Positions 36,443 to 45,134 of a stretch of DNA of 64,000 bases are shown piece by piece. The notes under the pieces were generated by a model. The model was given only the letters and a program-made list of their open reading frames with translations, ran no database searches and was not told where the DNA came from. The DNA is from Microcella sp. (lineage in GTDB: Bacteria > Actinomycetota > Actinomycetes > Actinomycetales > Microbacteriaceae). Position 1 is the first letter of the stretch. Each line of letters opens with the position of its first letter. Where the stretch lies: assembly GCF_019739195.1 (NCBI RefSeq), contig NZ_JAHHDS010000003.1, positions 2,467,705 to 2,531,704 on the forward strand. Reading direction: 5' to 3'. Position numbers and translations under genes: made by a program.

Positions 36443-37834
36443 TTAGGGGGAGGAGGGTGAGTCGACAGAGGCGATGACCGTGAGGTCTCGAGAGGCGGCG
36501 CGCAGGTGGTCGAGCACCGAGTCGACGAGCGTCGAGTCGACCGCAGAGCTCGATGCGGCATCGGCGGGCGAGGCCGTCGCTGTGAAGTTCAGGGCCATGA
36601 CGCATGCCGCGAGCCGCCCCTGTACGGGCCCGTGCATGAGCTCGACGAGGCGCAACCGCTCTCGATCGACCCGTGCGTCGTGCGCATTGCGCTCGAGCTC
36701 GAGCTGCTCACTCTTCTGCCTGACCGCGTCGCACGCCTCACGGTTCGCGTCGGCGAGCACGACCGCACCGACCAGCACGACGCACGCGATCGCGAGGGCG
36801 ACGACGAGCAGAGGTACCACTGCCAGACCGTTGGTCGTGATCGGATCAATTCCGCTGTTCAGCATAAGATACACCGTGGCTCCGATGCCTGCGGTGCAGG
36901 CGAGCACGGTGGCGCGCTGGTCGCGCGCCCAGCGGCTATCGGGCGCGAAGCGGGTGACGAGCCACGGTACGAGGCCAATGATCAGCGAGGCCACGGTGAT
37001 CGAGACGATCAGCTCGATCGCCGCGAGAGAGCCGAAGACTCGCCAGACGTCGGGCAACAGCACAGCCGTCGTCGACAGCGCAGTGAGACCTGCGATGACC
37101 CAGGGCAGGCGCGGAGGCACATCGAACGCGCGGCGCACGCTCGAGCGCACCGGGGCGAGATCCGGTACTGGGCCTCTCGTGGGCTCGAGAAGGTCGGCTG
37201 TGCGGTCATGCAGCTGTGACACACGCAGACTCAATTCTGCGAGCGAACCTGCGCTCAGGCGGTCGCGCGTCGACTCGAGGCTCGCCACGAGCTCGCTGAG
37301 GGCCGGCTGCAGCGACTCGCGAACGGCGATGTTGAGCGACCGCCGCACCTCATTGCCCGACTCGCCAGCTTGTGTGCGCTGCTCTTCGATGTCTGCCGTC
37401 GTCGAGTCCAGAGCGCCCAATAGCAGTCGCCGTCGATCGATCTGCGCGGCGGTGTAGACGACGAGCGGAACCCAGACAACGCTGCCCAGAAGCCAGACGA
37501 GCGACCGCTCGACGTATTCGGGGTCAGCGCCGGCGACAGACTGCGCCAGTGCTCCGCCGATGACTCCGCGAGCGATGGCCGCGGCGATCCAGAGCACGGT
37601 GACGACCGCTAGAGGGAGCAGGGCACTGCGCCGTCGGGCCAGTGCTCCGCCGCCGAGCACGATGACACCCACCGCAAGATGCTGAACCACGGCCGACAGC
37701 AGAGGCCACCACCACGACTCAAAGCCCGTGATGCTCTCGCGCAGGCCGACGATGAGCGCGGTCGGCACGAACAGGCCGACCCACATCGCCCAGTGGGTCG
37801 CCCACGGGCCGCCGAGCGCTTCGCGCAACGTCAT
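36443..37834 (-). CDS. Polytopic membrane protein with two H-box-like helical segments but no ATPase domain (histidine-kinase-related, DHp-only)
   Basis: About 4 TM segments, a helical segment (SQLHDRTADLL), about 4 more TM segments, then ERLRLVELMHGPVQGRLAA. The protein ends about 60 aa later, with no N/G1/G2 boxes. I prefer the ATG at 37834 over the tracked TTG at 37882. Confidence 0.6.
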   Translation of the reverse strand: MTLREALGGPWATHWAMWVGLFVPTALIVGLRESITGFESWWWPLLSAVVQHLAVGVIVLGGGALARRRSALLPLAVVTVLWIAAAIARGVIGGALAQSVAGADPEYVERSLVWLLGSVVWVPLVVYTAAQIDRRRLLLGALDSTTADIEEQRTQAGESGNEVRRSLNIAVRESLQPALSELVASLESTRDRLSAGSLAELSLRVSQLHDRTADLLEPTRGPVPDLAPVRSSVRRAFDVPPRLPWVIAGLTALSTTAVLLPDVWRVFGSLAAIELIVSITVASLIIGLVPWLVTRFAPDSRWARDQRATVLACTAGIGATVYLMLNSGIDPITTNGLAVVPLLVVALAIACVVLVGAVVLADANREACDAVRQKSEQLELERNAHDARVDRERLRLVELMHGPVQGRLAACVMALNFTATASPADAASSSAVDSTLVDSVLDHLRAASRDLTVIASVDSPSSP

Positions 37835-37906
37835 TCGGGATAACTCGCCTTCAGCCGCACGGTCGGTGCGTGCAAGTCGCAACGCTCCGATGATGCCTTA
37901 ACTGAG

Positions 37907-37949
37907 GCGGTCGTTCCTGGTCTCACCCGAAGAGACCAGGAACGACCGC
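37907..37949. repeat. Perfect 18-bp stem / 7-nt loop hairpin in a divergent intergenic region
   Basis: GCGGTCGTTCCTGGTCTC (37907-37924), loop ACCCGAA, then GAGACCAGGAACGACCGC (37932-37949). The arms are exact reverse complements and no U/T tract lies on either side. Confidence 0.8.
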
Positions 37950-38205
37950 TGTCGCAGCGGTTCTGCGTCGACCCGAACGACTCAGAACCACCGGAGCTCG
38001 AAGCGGCCCCCGGCGATCCCCCGATCACCGTCCGCTTCGTTCCGTTGCTTGATCATGGTCTCTGGGTTGTGGAGAGTGCAAGCGCTGCCACGCCGGGGTG
38101 TTCGCAATGCGAACCACGGGCCTTCGAGCTCTCGCGAGAGGGGTTCACGAAAGGCGACCCTAGAATCGGACGTGCGCCAACGGGCGCGAGCGTGAGAGGG
38201 CAGTT

Positions 38206-38679
38206 ATGCGGATCGAGGTGGTGCGGGCATCCGTCGTCGCCGTGCTCGGCCTCGCGCTGCTCGTCGCCGGGTGCGCACCCATCGATGCGCAACCCTCACC
38301 GACCGACGGGCCGTCAGCCGAACCGACGGCCAGCGCGACTCCCCAACCTGAGCCCGAATTCGTCGACGGCGGCACCGCCGGGCAGAACCGGCCCTACTTC
38401 GAGTTTCTGCTGACGGGCATGCTCGAGCGCAATCCCGAGCCGTCGAGCGAGACAGTCGTCAATGCCCTCGTCAGCGGCGGCTTCGACAAGGCGAGCATGC
38501 AGGTGACGGCCGACACGACCCCGGTCGGCCAGCGCGCAGACTCGATCTTGGTCTCGGTGCTCATCGGCGACCAGTGCCTCATCGGCCAGATCATCGACTC
38601 TGGGCTGACGTCGCAGTTGGCCGACGTGCTCGGCACGGGGCGGTGTCTCATCGGCGAGACGCTCTCCATAGACTGGTAG
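38206..38679 (+). CDS. Hypothetical lipoprotein
   Basis: Signal peptide with lipobox LVAGC. A GAGAGGG SD is present and a possible -10 TAGAAT lies at 38161-38166. The gene ends 2 nt before ettA. Confidence 0.7.
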   Translation: MRIEVVRASVVAVLGLALLVAGCAPIDAQPSPTDGPSAEPTASATPQPEPEFVDGGTAGQNRPYFEFLLTGMLERNPEPSSETVVNALVSGGFDKASMQVTADTTPVGQRADSILVSVLIGDQCLIGQIIDSGLTSQLADVLGTGRCLIGETLSIDW

Positions 38680-38681
38680 GC

Positions 38682-40364
38682 ATGGCCGAATTCATTTACA
38701 CCATGGTCCGCGCGCGCAAGGCGGTCGGCGACAAGCTCATTCTCGATGACGTGACGATGTCGTTCTTCCCCGGAGCCAAGATCGGCATGGTCGGCCCCAA
38801 CGGTGCCGGAAAATCGACGATCATCAAGATCATGGCGGGTCTCGACACGCCGTCGAACGGCGAAGCGCGGCTGAGCCCCGACTACACCGTGGGCATTCTC
38901 ATGCAAGAGCCCGAGCTCGACGAGTCGAAGACGGTGCTCGAGAACGTGCAAGAAGGCGTGCGCGAGCTCGCCGACAAGCTGCACCGGTTCAATGAGATCT
39001 CGGCCGCGATGGCCGACCCCGACGCCGACTTCGATGCTCTCTTGGCCGAGATGGGCGGGCTGCAGGAAGAACTCGACGCCCAGAACGGGTGGGATCTCGA
39101 TTCGCAGCTGGAGCAGGCGATGGATGCTCTGCGCTGCCCGCCCGGCGACGAGCTCGTCACCCATCTCTCGGGTGGAGAAAAGCGCCGCGTGGCACTGTGC
39201 AAGCTGCTGCTGGAGAAGCCCGATCTGCTTCTGCTCGACGAGCCCACTAACCACCTCGACGCCGAGAGCGTGCTGTGGCTCGAGCAACACCTGCAGAAGT
39301 ACCCAGGCGCTGTCATCGCCATTACCCACGACCGGTACTTTCTCGACCACGTCGCCGAGTGGATCGCCGAGGTCGACCGCGGCCGTCTCTACCCCTACGA
39401 GGGCAACTACTCGACCTACCTCGAGAAGAAGGCGGCCCGCTTGCAGGTGCAGGGCAAGAAAGACGCCAAGCTCGCCAAGCGCCTCGAGAGCGAGCTCGAG
39501 TGGGTACGCAGCAACGCCAAGGGTCGGCAGGCCAAGTCGAAGGCTCGCCTCGCGCGCTACGAGGAAATGGCGTCAGAGGCTGAGAAGACGCGCAAGCTCG
39601 ACTTCGAAGAGATCGTGATTCCGGTCGGTCCGCGTCTCGGTTCACAGGTCATCGAGGCGACGAAGCTCAAGAAGGGCTTCGGTGACCGCGTGCTCATCGA
39701 CGGGCTCTCGTTCACGTTGCCGCGCAACGGTATCGTCGGCATCATCGGCCCCAACGGCGTCGGAAAGACCACGCTGTTCAAGACCATCGTGGGGCTCGAA
39801 GAGCTCGACGGTGGCACGCTCAAGATTGGCGAGACGGTCGACATCTCGTACGTCGACCAGAGCCGCGGCGGCATCGATCCGAACAAGACCCTGTGGGAGG
39901 TCGTGAGCGACGGCCTCGACTACATCCAGGTCGGCAAGACCGAGATTCCTTCTCGGGCATACGTTTCGCAGTTCGGCTTCAAGGGCCCCGACCAGCAGAA
40001 GAAGGCCGGCGTGCTCTCGGGTGGTGAGCGCAACCGCCTCAACCTTGCGCTCACGCTCAAGCAGGGCGGCAACCTTCTGCTTCTTGACGAGCCCACCAAC
40101 GACCTCGACGTCGAGACTCTCGGCAGCCTCGAGAACGCGTTGCTCGAGTACCCCGGGTGCGCGGTGGTCATCACGCACGACCGGTGGTTCCTCGACCGCA
40201 TCGCCACGCACATCCTGGCGTATGAGGGCACCGACGAGAACCCGAGCTACTGGCACTGGTTCGAGGGCAACTTCGAGTCGTACGAGGCGAACAAGATCGA
40301 GCGCCTCGGGCCCGAAGCGGCGAAGCCGCACCGCTCGGCCTACCGCAAGCTCACGCGCGACTAG
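38682..40364 (+). CDS. ettA: Energy-dependent translational throttle protein EttA (ABC-F ATPase)
   Basis: N-terminus MAEFIYTMVRARKAVGDKLILDDV. Two ABC cassettes (GPNGAGKST/LSGGEKRRVAL and GPNGVGKTT/LSGGERNRLNL) are present with no TM domain. I trimmed the start to the ATG at 38682. Confidence 0.9.
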   Translation: MAEFIYTMVRARKAVGDKLILDDVTMSFFPGAKIGMVGPNGAGKSTIIKIMAGLDTPSNGEARLSPDYTVGILMQEPELDESKTVLENVQEGVRELADKLHRFNEISAAMADPDADFDALLAEMGGLQEELDAQNGWDLDSQLEQAMDALRCPPGDELVTHLSGGEKRRVALCKLLLEKPDLLLLDEPTNHLDAESVLWLEQHLQKYPGAVIAITHDRYFLDHVAEWIAEVDRGRLYPYEGNYSTYLEKKAARLQVQGKKDAKLAKRLESELEWVRSNAKGRQAKSKARLARYEEMASEAEKTRKLDFEEIVIPVGPRLGSQVIEATKLKKGFGDRVLIDGLSFTLPRNGIVGIIGPNGVGKTTLFKTIVGLEELDGGTLKIGETVDISYVDQSRGGIDPNKTLWEVVSDGLDYIQVGKTEIPSRAYVSQFGFKGPDQQKKAGVLSGGERNRLNLALTLKQGGNLLLLDEPTNDLDVETLGSLENALLEYPGCAVVITHDRWFLDRIATHILAYEGTDENPSYWHWFEGNFESYEANKIERLGPEAAKPHRSAYRKLTRD

Positions 40365-40375
40365 CGCGGCGACCC

Positions 40376-41689
40376 GTGAATCGGCTCGCGTTCGTCGCGG
40401 CGCGCGTGCGCGACTCGTTCTGGTTCGTGCCAGCGGTCGCAATCGTGCTCGCGGTGGTGCTGGCCGAGTCGGTCGTCGTGCTCGATCGTGCGCTCGACAT
40501 CGGTGGGCTACTGATCATCGATGTTGGCCCCGACGGTGCCCGCGGGCTGCTGGCGGCGATCGCCACCTCGATGCTCGCTGCAGCCGCCACGATGTTCTCG
40601 ATCACTATCGCTGTGCTCGCACTGACGGCATCGGCGTATGGGCCGAGGCTCGTGCGCAACTTCATGTCAGACCGCGGCAATCAGCTCGTGCTCGCCACGC
40701 TGGTCTCGACTGCGCTCTACGCTCTGCTGGTGCTGCGGCGCGTGCGATCGGGCGACGACGAGTTCGTGCCCAGCGTCGGCGTCTCGCTCGCTCTCGGGCT
40801 CACGGTGCTCTGCATCGCCCTGCTCATCTATTTCATCCATCACATCAGCACGGGCATCCAGATCTCAACACTGGCCGGCGGCGTGCGCGTCGAGCTCGCT
40901 GCCCGCATGCTGCACAACTACCCCGAGTGCGTGGCCGACGATCGTCGGCCCGACGCGCTCTGGCCCTTGACTGACGGCACCGATCACGAGATCCGCGCGC
41001 GGTCAGATGGCTACGTGGCCGACATCGGTGAATCAGAACTCGTCGCGGCGGCGCGATCGGGCGCAGCGCGCATCGATTTGCTCGTGAGGCCCGGCACCTT
41101 CGTGTGCCACGGCGACCTCGTGGCGACGGTGGCGCTCGAAGACGACCACAGTGCGAGAGCGCCGGTCGACGAGCGCGTGAGTCGCGTCGAATCGGCGGTG
41201 CGGTCGGCGGTGGCCGTGCGGGATGAACGCACGCCCTATCAAGACGTCGAGCACCTGGCGCGACAGCTCGTCGACATCGCCGCGCGGGCGATCAGCCCCG
41301 GCATCAACGACCCGTACACGGCGGTCGCCGCCATCGACGCATTGACCGCGGCCTTCGCAGGCACCGCGGGGCACGCTGATCCGTCGCCCGTCGTCGTGGA
41401 TGCCGACGCGCACCCGCGGCTGCGGCTCGCGCAGCGGCGCTGGATCGACGTCGTCACCGAGGCGGTCGACGCGATACGGGTCTACAGCACCGGGCAGCCG
41501 ATCGTCGCCGAGAGGCTGCTCGATCTGCTCGAGCGGCTCGCCTCACGCTCTCGCGACGCGCACCGGCGCCTCGACCTGGTGGCTGCGGCCGATCGCGTGC
41601 TGCGTGGAGCAGACTCAGACGCGCTGCTGCCCGAAGACCGCGACCGCCTGCGAGCCGCGGCGACCTGGACCACGGAGGAGGCCCGATGA
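40376..41689 (+). CDS. DUF2254-like membrane protein
   Basis: Four N-terminal TM segments (FWFVPAVAIVLAVVLA ...) are followed by a large soluble C-terminal domain. The family call is from memory of the typical N-terminal pattern. Confidence 0.65.
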   Translation: MNRLAFVAARVRDSFWFVPAVAIVLAVVLAESVVVLDRALDIGGLLIIDVGPDGARGLLAAIATSMLAAAATMFSITIAVLALTASAYGPRLVRNFMSDRGNQLVLATLVSTALYALLVLRRVRSGDDEFVPSVGVSLALGLTVLCIALLIYFIHHISTGIQISTLAGGVRVELAARMLHNYPECVADDRRPDALWPLTDGTDHEIRARSDGYVADIGESELVAAARSGAARIDLLVRPGTFVCHGDLVATVALEDDHSARAPVDERVSRVESAVRSAVAVRDERTPYQDVEHLARQLVDIAARAISPGINDPYTAVAAIDALTAAFAGTAGHADPSPVVVDADAHPRLRLAQRRWIDVVTEAVDAIRVYSTGQPIVAERLLDLLERLASRSRDAHRRLDLVAAADRVLRGADSDALLPEDRDRLRAAATWTTEEAR

Positions 41690-42150
41690 CTCGCCTGCAC
41701 GTCGCTGTTCCCCTGCGCTGGAGCGATCTCGACGCCTACGCGCACGTGAACAACGCCCGCATGTTCACTCTGCTCGAAGAAGCGCGCATCGCGGCGTTCT
41801 GGGGCGGTGGCACGAGCGGGGCGCCGACGGCGGTACTCGCCACAGGACCGGGTGCAGAGTCGATCACCCTCATCGCCGGCCAGCAGATCGAATATCGCGC
41901 GCAGATTCCGTACCACCGCGAGCCGCTCGACGTCGAACTATGGATCGGCAAGCTCGGAGGCGCGAGCCTGCAGGTCTGCTACGAGGTGTACAGCCCGGCG
42001 GGGGAGCAACCCCGCACGCTCTACGTGAGGGCGGCGACGACGATCGTGCTGGCCGAGCGCGAGTCGGGGGCGCCACGGCGCATCGACGACAGCGAGCGCG
42101 AGGCCTGGCTGCCGTATGTCGAAGATCCACTGGTGTTTCGGCAGCAGTAA
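41686..42150 (+). CDS. Acyl-CoA thioesterase, hotdog fold (YbgC/4HBT-like)
   Basis: The N-terminal motif VPLRWSDLDAYAHVNNARMFTLLEEAR is typical of 4HBT thioesterases. It overlaps the upstream gene by 4 bp. Confidence 0.8.
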   Translation: MTRLHVAVPLRWSDLDAYAHVNNARMFTLLEEARIAAFWGGGTSGAPTAVLATGPGAESITLIAGQQIEYRAQIPYHREPLDVELWIGKLGGASLQVCYEVYSPAGEQPRTLYVRAATTIVLAERESGAPRRIDDSEREAWLPYVEDPLVFRQQ

Positions 42151-42172
42151 GGCACGCGTTCTGCAGTCACGT

Positions 42173-42187
42173 ACTACATGGTGTAGT
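42173..42187. promoter_or_regulatory. Candidate PadR operator (6-3-6 palindrome ACTACA-TGG-TGTAGT)
   Basis: A perfect inverted repeat in an AT-richer stretch, 24-38 nt upstream of a TAAAGT -10-like hexamer (42211-42216). That hexamer sits 7 nt before the padR GTG. Confidence 0.4.
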
Positions 42188-42223
42188 TGACTATAGTGTG
42201 TGGCGCACAGTAAAGTGTGATCC

Positions 42224-42580
42224 GTGAGTGAAACGACCCCCGACGCTGAGGCGCTCGACGCCGGCCATCTGCAAGAACTGCGGCGCGGCACCGTCGTGCT
42301 CGCGAGCCTGCTCGCGCTGCGCACCCCCGGCTACGGCTATGCACTGCTGGAGCACTTGTCTGATGCCGGTGTCGAGGTCGACGCCAACACCCTCTACCCG
42401 CTGCTGCGTCGGCTCGAGAGCCAGGGCCTGCTCACGAGCGAGTGGAACACCGATGACAGCCGACCGCGCAAGTTCTACCGCACCAGCGCCGCGGGCGAGT
42501 CGCTCGCCGGCCGCCTGCTCGACGAATCCCGCCGCATCACCGACGCGCTCGTGCGCTTGTCTGAAGGAGAAGCACCGTGA
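42224..42580 (+). CDS. PadR family transcriptional regulator
   Basis: Winged-helix core GYGYALLEHLSDAGVEVDANTLYPLLRRLESQGLLTSEW...RKFYRTS. Confidence 0.9.
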   Translation: MSETTPDAEALDAGHLQELRRGTVVLASLLALRTPGYGYALLEHLSDAGVEVDANTLYPLLRRLESQGLLTSEWNTDDSRPRKFYRTSAAGESLAGRLLDESRRITDALVRLSEGEAP

Positions 42581-43539
42581 CCACCCCCACCCTGACCGAG
42601 CGCTACGTTGCCGCGGTCGTACGCCGACTGCCCGAGAAGAGCCGCGCTGACGTCGCGAGCGAGTTGCGGGCATCCATCGCTGACGACATCGAGGCCCGCC
42701 TCGCCGACGGCACCGACCCTCAGATCGCCGAACGGGATGCTCTCACCGAGCTCGGCGACCCCGACCGCCTCGCCGCGGGCTTCGCGGGTACGCCGCTGCA
42801 ACTCATCGGCCCTGCCGTGTACCTCGATTGGCGTCGTCTGCTCACGGTGCTGCTGAGCATCGTGCTGCCGATCGTCGCCGGCGCTCTCATCATCGCGCAG
42901 GCGCTCGCGGGCGCTGGGCCGGTCGACATTGTGCTCGGCACCATGGGCACGGTCGTCAGTGTCGGCATCGCCATGGCCTTCTGGGTGACGGTGATCTTCG
43001 CGATCATCGAGCGCACGGGCGCGGCCGATCGCCCTCTCGTGGCCTGGTCGCTCGACAGCCTGCCGACGACGACCGCGAAGCCGCAAGTGGGCGTCGACGT
43101 GCTCGTCGGCGGCGTGCTCGGGCTGCTGTTGCTCGTCGCCGGGCTCGTCTCGCAGTCGGTCTTCCCCGCGTTCCGCGATGCCGAGGGCGGGGCGATCCCC
43201 TTCCTCGCGCCTGAACTGTGGTCGTGGTGGATTCCGTACTTCATCGTCGTGCTCGTCGCCGAACTCGTCTTCGCCATCGTGCTCTACCGGCGTCGGTCGT
43301 GGAGCCTCGGGCTCGCTGTCGGCAACATCGTGCTCACCCTCGCGTTCGCGGTGCCGATGATCGTGCTGGTGCTCAGCGACTCGATCGTCAACCCGGCGTT
43401 CTCGGCCCAGCTCGCCGACGTACCCGAACTCATTGAGCTCGGCGGGCAAGCCATGGTGATCACCGCGATCGCGGTCGCGGCGATCTCGCTGTGGGAGTGC
43501 ATCGACGGCGTGCTGAAGGCGGCTCGCGCACGACGATAG
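42577..43539 (+). CDS. PadR-associated membrane protein (N-terminal HAAS/DUF1700-like helical domain plus 6 TM)
   Basis: N-terminus TERYVAAVVRRLPEKSRADVASELRASIADDIEARL, followed by multiple TM segments. It overlaps padR by 4 bp. Confidence 0.7.
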   Translation: MTTPTLTERYVAAVVRRLPEKSRADVASELRASIADDIEARLADGTDPQIAERDALTELGDPDRLAAGFAGTPLQLIGPAVYLDWRRLLTVLLSIVLPIVAGALIIAQALAGAGPVDIVLGTMGTVVSVGIAMAFWVTVIFAIIERTGAADRPLVAWSLDSLPTTTAKPQVGVDVLVGGVLGLLLLVAGLVSQSVFPAFRDAEGGAIPFLAPELWSWWIPYFIVVLVAELVFAIVLYRRRSWSLGLAVGNIVLTLAFAVPMIVLVLSDSIVNPAFSAQLADVPELIELGGQAMVITAIAVAAISLWECIDGVLKAARARR

Positions 43540-43549
43540 GGCGCCGTGT

Positions 43550-44431
43550 TCAGGCGGACGGCACCCGCACCATGCCCTCTTGCGCGACGCTCGCCACGAG
43601 CAGGCCGTCGCGCGTGAAGATGCGTCCCTGCGAGAGACCGCGGCCGCCCTGGGCGCTCGGCGACTCTTGCACATAGAGCAGCCAGTCGTCGACGCGCGCG
43701 AAGCGGTGCCACCACATCGCGTGGTCGAGGCTCGCCATCTTCAGACCCGGTGTGGCCCAGGTGGCGCCGTGCCGGCGAAGAATGGGCTCGAGTATCGTGT
43801 AGTCGCTCGCATACGCCAGTGCGGCGCGGTGCAGGTTCTCGTCGTCGGGCAGAGGCGCGGTCGTGCGAAACCACACGGCCTGGTGCGCCACGGCGTCGGG
43901 CCCGGGGGCGAAGTACACGGGAGCATCCACGTGCCGCAGGTCGAAGGGGCGGCTGTTCGCCCAGTACTGCGCGACGGGGTGATCGAGGGGTGCGAGAATC
44001 TCGCGCGCGCTCGGCAGATCGTCGGGGCCGGGAATGCCGGAAGGCATCTCCGCCTGGTGCTCGAGACCGGGGTCGACGTCTTGGAAGCTCGCGATCATCG
44101 AGAGAATCGGCTGGCCGTTCTGGTACGCCTGCGTGCGCCGCGTCGAGAACGAGCGCCCGTCGTGAATGCGGTCGACCGAGAACGTGATCGACTGCTCGTC
44201 GTCGCCCGGGCGCAAGAAGTAGCCGTGCATCGAGTGGATGAAGCGATCGGCCTCGACCGTGCGCATCGCTGCGAGCACCGCCTGCGCGGCGACCTGCCCA
44301 CCGAACACGCGCCGCTGCGGGGTCCAGAGGCTCGGCGCCGTGAAGATGTCTTCGCTCGTGCGGGCGTCGGTGTCGGTGAGCGTCAAGGCGGCGAGCATGT
44401 CTGTAACGGGGTCACGAGTCGGGTCAGTCAC
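43550..44431 (-). CDS. tesB: Acyl-CoA thioesterase II
   Basis: Double-hotdog TesB motifs are present (VFGGQVAAQAVLAA, HSMHGYFLRPGD, DGRSFSTRR, DHAMWWHR). Confidence 0.85.
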   Translation of the reverse strand: MTDPTRDPVTDMLAALTLTDTDARTSEDIFTAPSLWTPQRRVFGGQVAAQAVLAAMRTVEADRFIHSMHGYFLRPGDDEQSITFSVDRIHDGRSFSTRRTQAYQNGQPILSMIASFQDVDPGLEHQAEMPSGIPGPDDLPSAREILAPLDHPVAQYWANSRPFDLRHVDAPVYFAPGPDAVAHQAVWFRTTAPLPDDENLHRAALAYASDYTILEPILRRHGATWATPGLKMASLDHAMWWHRFARVDDWLLYVQESPSAQGGRGLSQGRIFTRDGLLVASVAQEGMVRVPSA

Positions 44432-44450
44432 ACGCGTAGTCTAAAGAGCG

Positions 44451-45134
44451 ATGAACACGTCGTTCACCCTCACCTCCCTCCCCGCCGCTCACGACCTCTC
44501 GGTGCTGCTCGGGCGCGCCTTGCGCCTCGACGAGGCCGGCGCCGTGCGGCTCATCGCCGACAGCGGAGTGCTCGCGGTCTATGTCGCCGTCATCACGCCG
44601 AAGGGCCTGCTCGACCGCGGCCCGACCGTGCTGGGCCTGCGCACCTTCGCGCTCAGCGACGGCGGCTTCGATGCGGTCGTGCCGATTCGATCGATGCAGG
44701 TGCGGGTGGATGCTGCGCTCGCGTCGGTCGGAGACGGCTCGGAGGCAGAGGGCGCGGTCACGATCGGCGTGCCCGCCGCCGTTAACACCGTGGTGTGGTC
44801 GGCGGTCTCGCCGCCCCGCGGCGGCTGGCAGCGCATGGCACCGGTCGATGCGGCGGGTTTCGTCGCGGCGGCGCGCGCGGGCATCGAAGAGGTGGCGACG
44901 GCGATTCCTGAGGGCACGGGCGAGCAGATCGTGCACCGCGTGCGCAGCGAGGTGTGGGGCCGACCGCTGCCCGATGCCGGGCACTTGCCGGCGGGAGCGG
45001 CTTTCGCGCTCGAGAGTCTCGGCTTTCTCGGTGACGACCCTGTGCAGCAGTTCGCGGCCGGCCCGTGGATTCGCCTGAGCACGGCCCGCGGGCACGTGCT
45101 CGTCAAACAGAGCGCGTGGTCGCTCGGCGGCTAA
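44451..45134 (+). CDS. Hypothetical conserved protein
   Basis: 227-aa ORF with good GC3 bias. It is divergent from tesB (19-bp gap) and overlaps the convergent downstream gene by 4 bp. I recognise no motif. Confidence 0.55.
   Translation: MNTSFTLTSLPAAHDLSVLLGRALRLDEAGAVRLIADSGVLAVYVAVITPKGLLDRGPTVLGLRTFALSDGGFDAVVPIRSMQVRVDAALASVGDGSEAEGAVTIGVPAAVNTVVWSAVSPPRGGWQRMAPVDAAGFVAAARAGIEEVATAIPEGTGEQIVHRVRSEVWGRPLPDAGHLPAGAAFALESLGFLGDDPVQQFAAGPWIRLSTARGHVLVKQSAWSLGG

Noticed and set aside
38682-40364. Treating the ABC-F protein as an antibiotic-resistance ARE-type factor or as a transporter ATPase.
   Set aside because: The N-terminus (MAEFIYTM...), the 560-aa length and the short inter-cassette linker match housekeeping EttA. 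It has no TM partner and no extended ARE-type linker.
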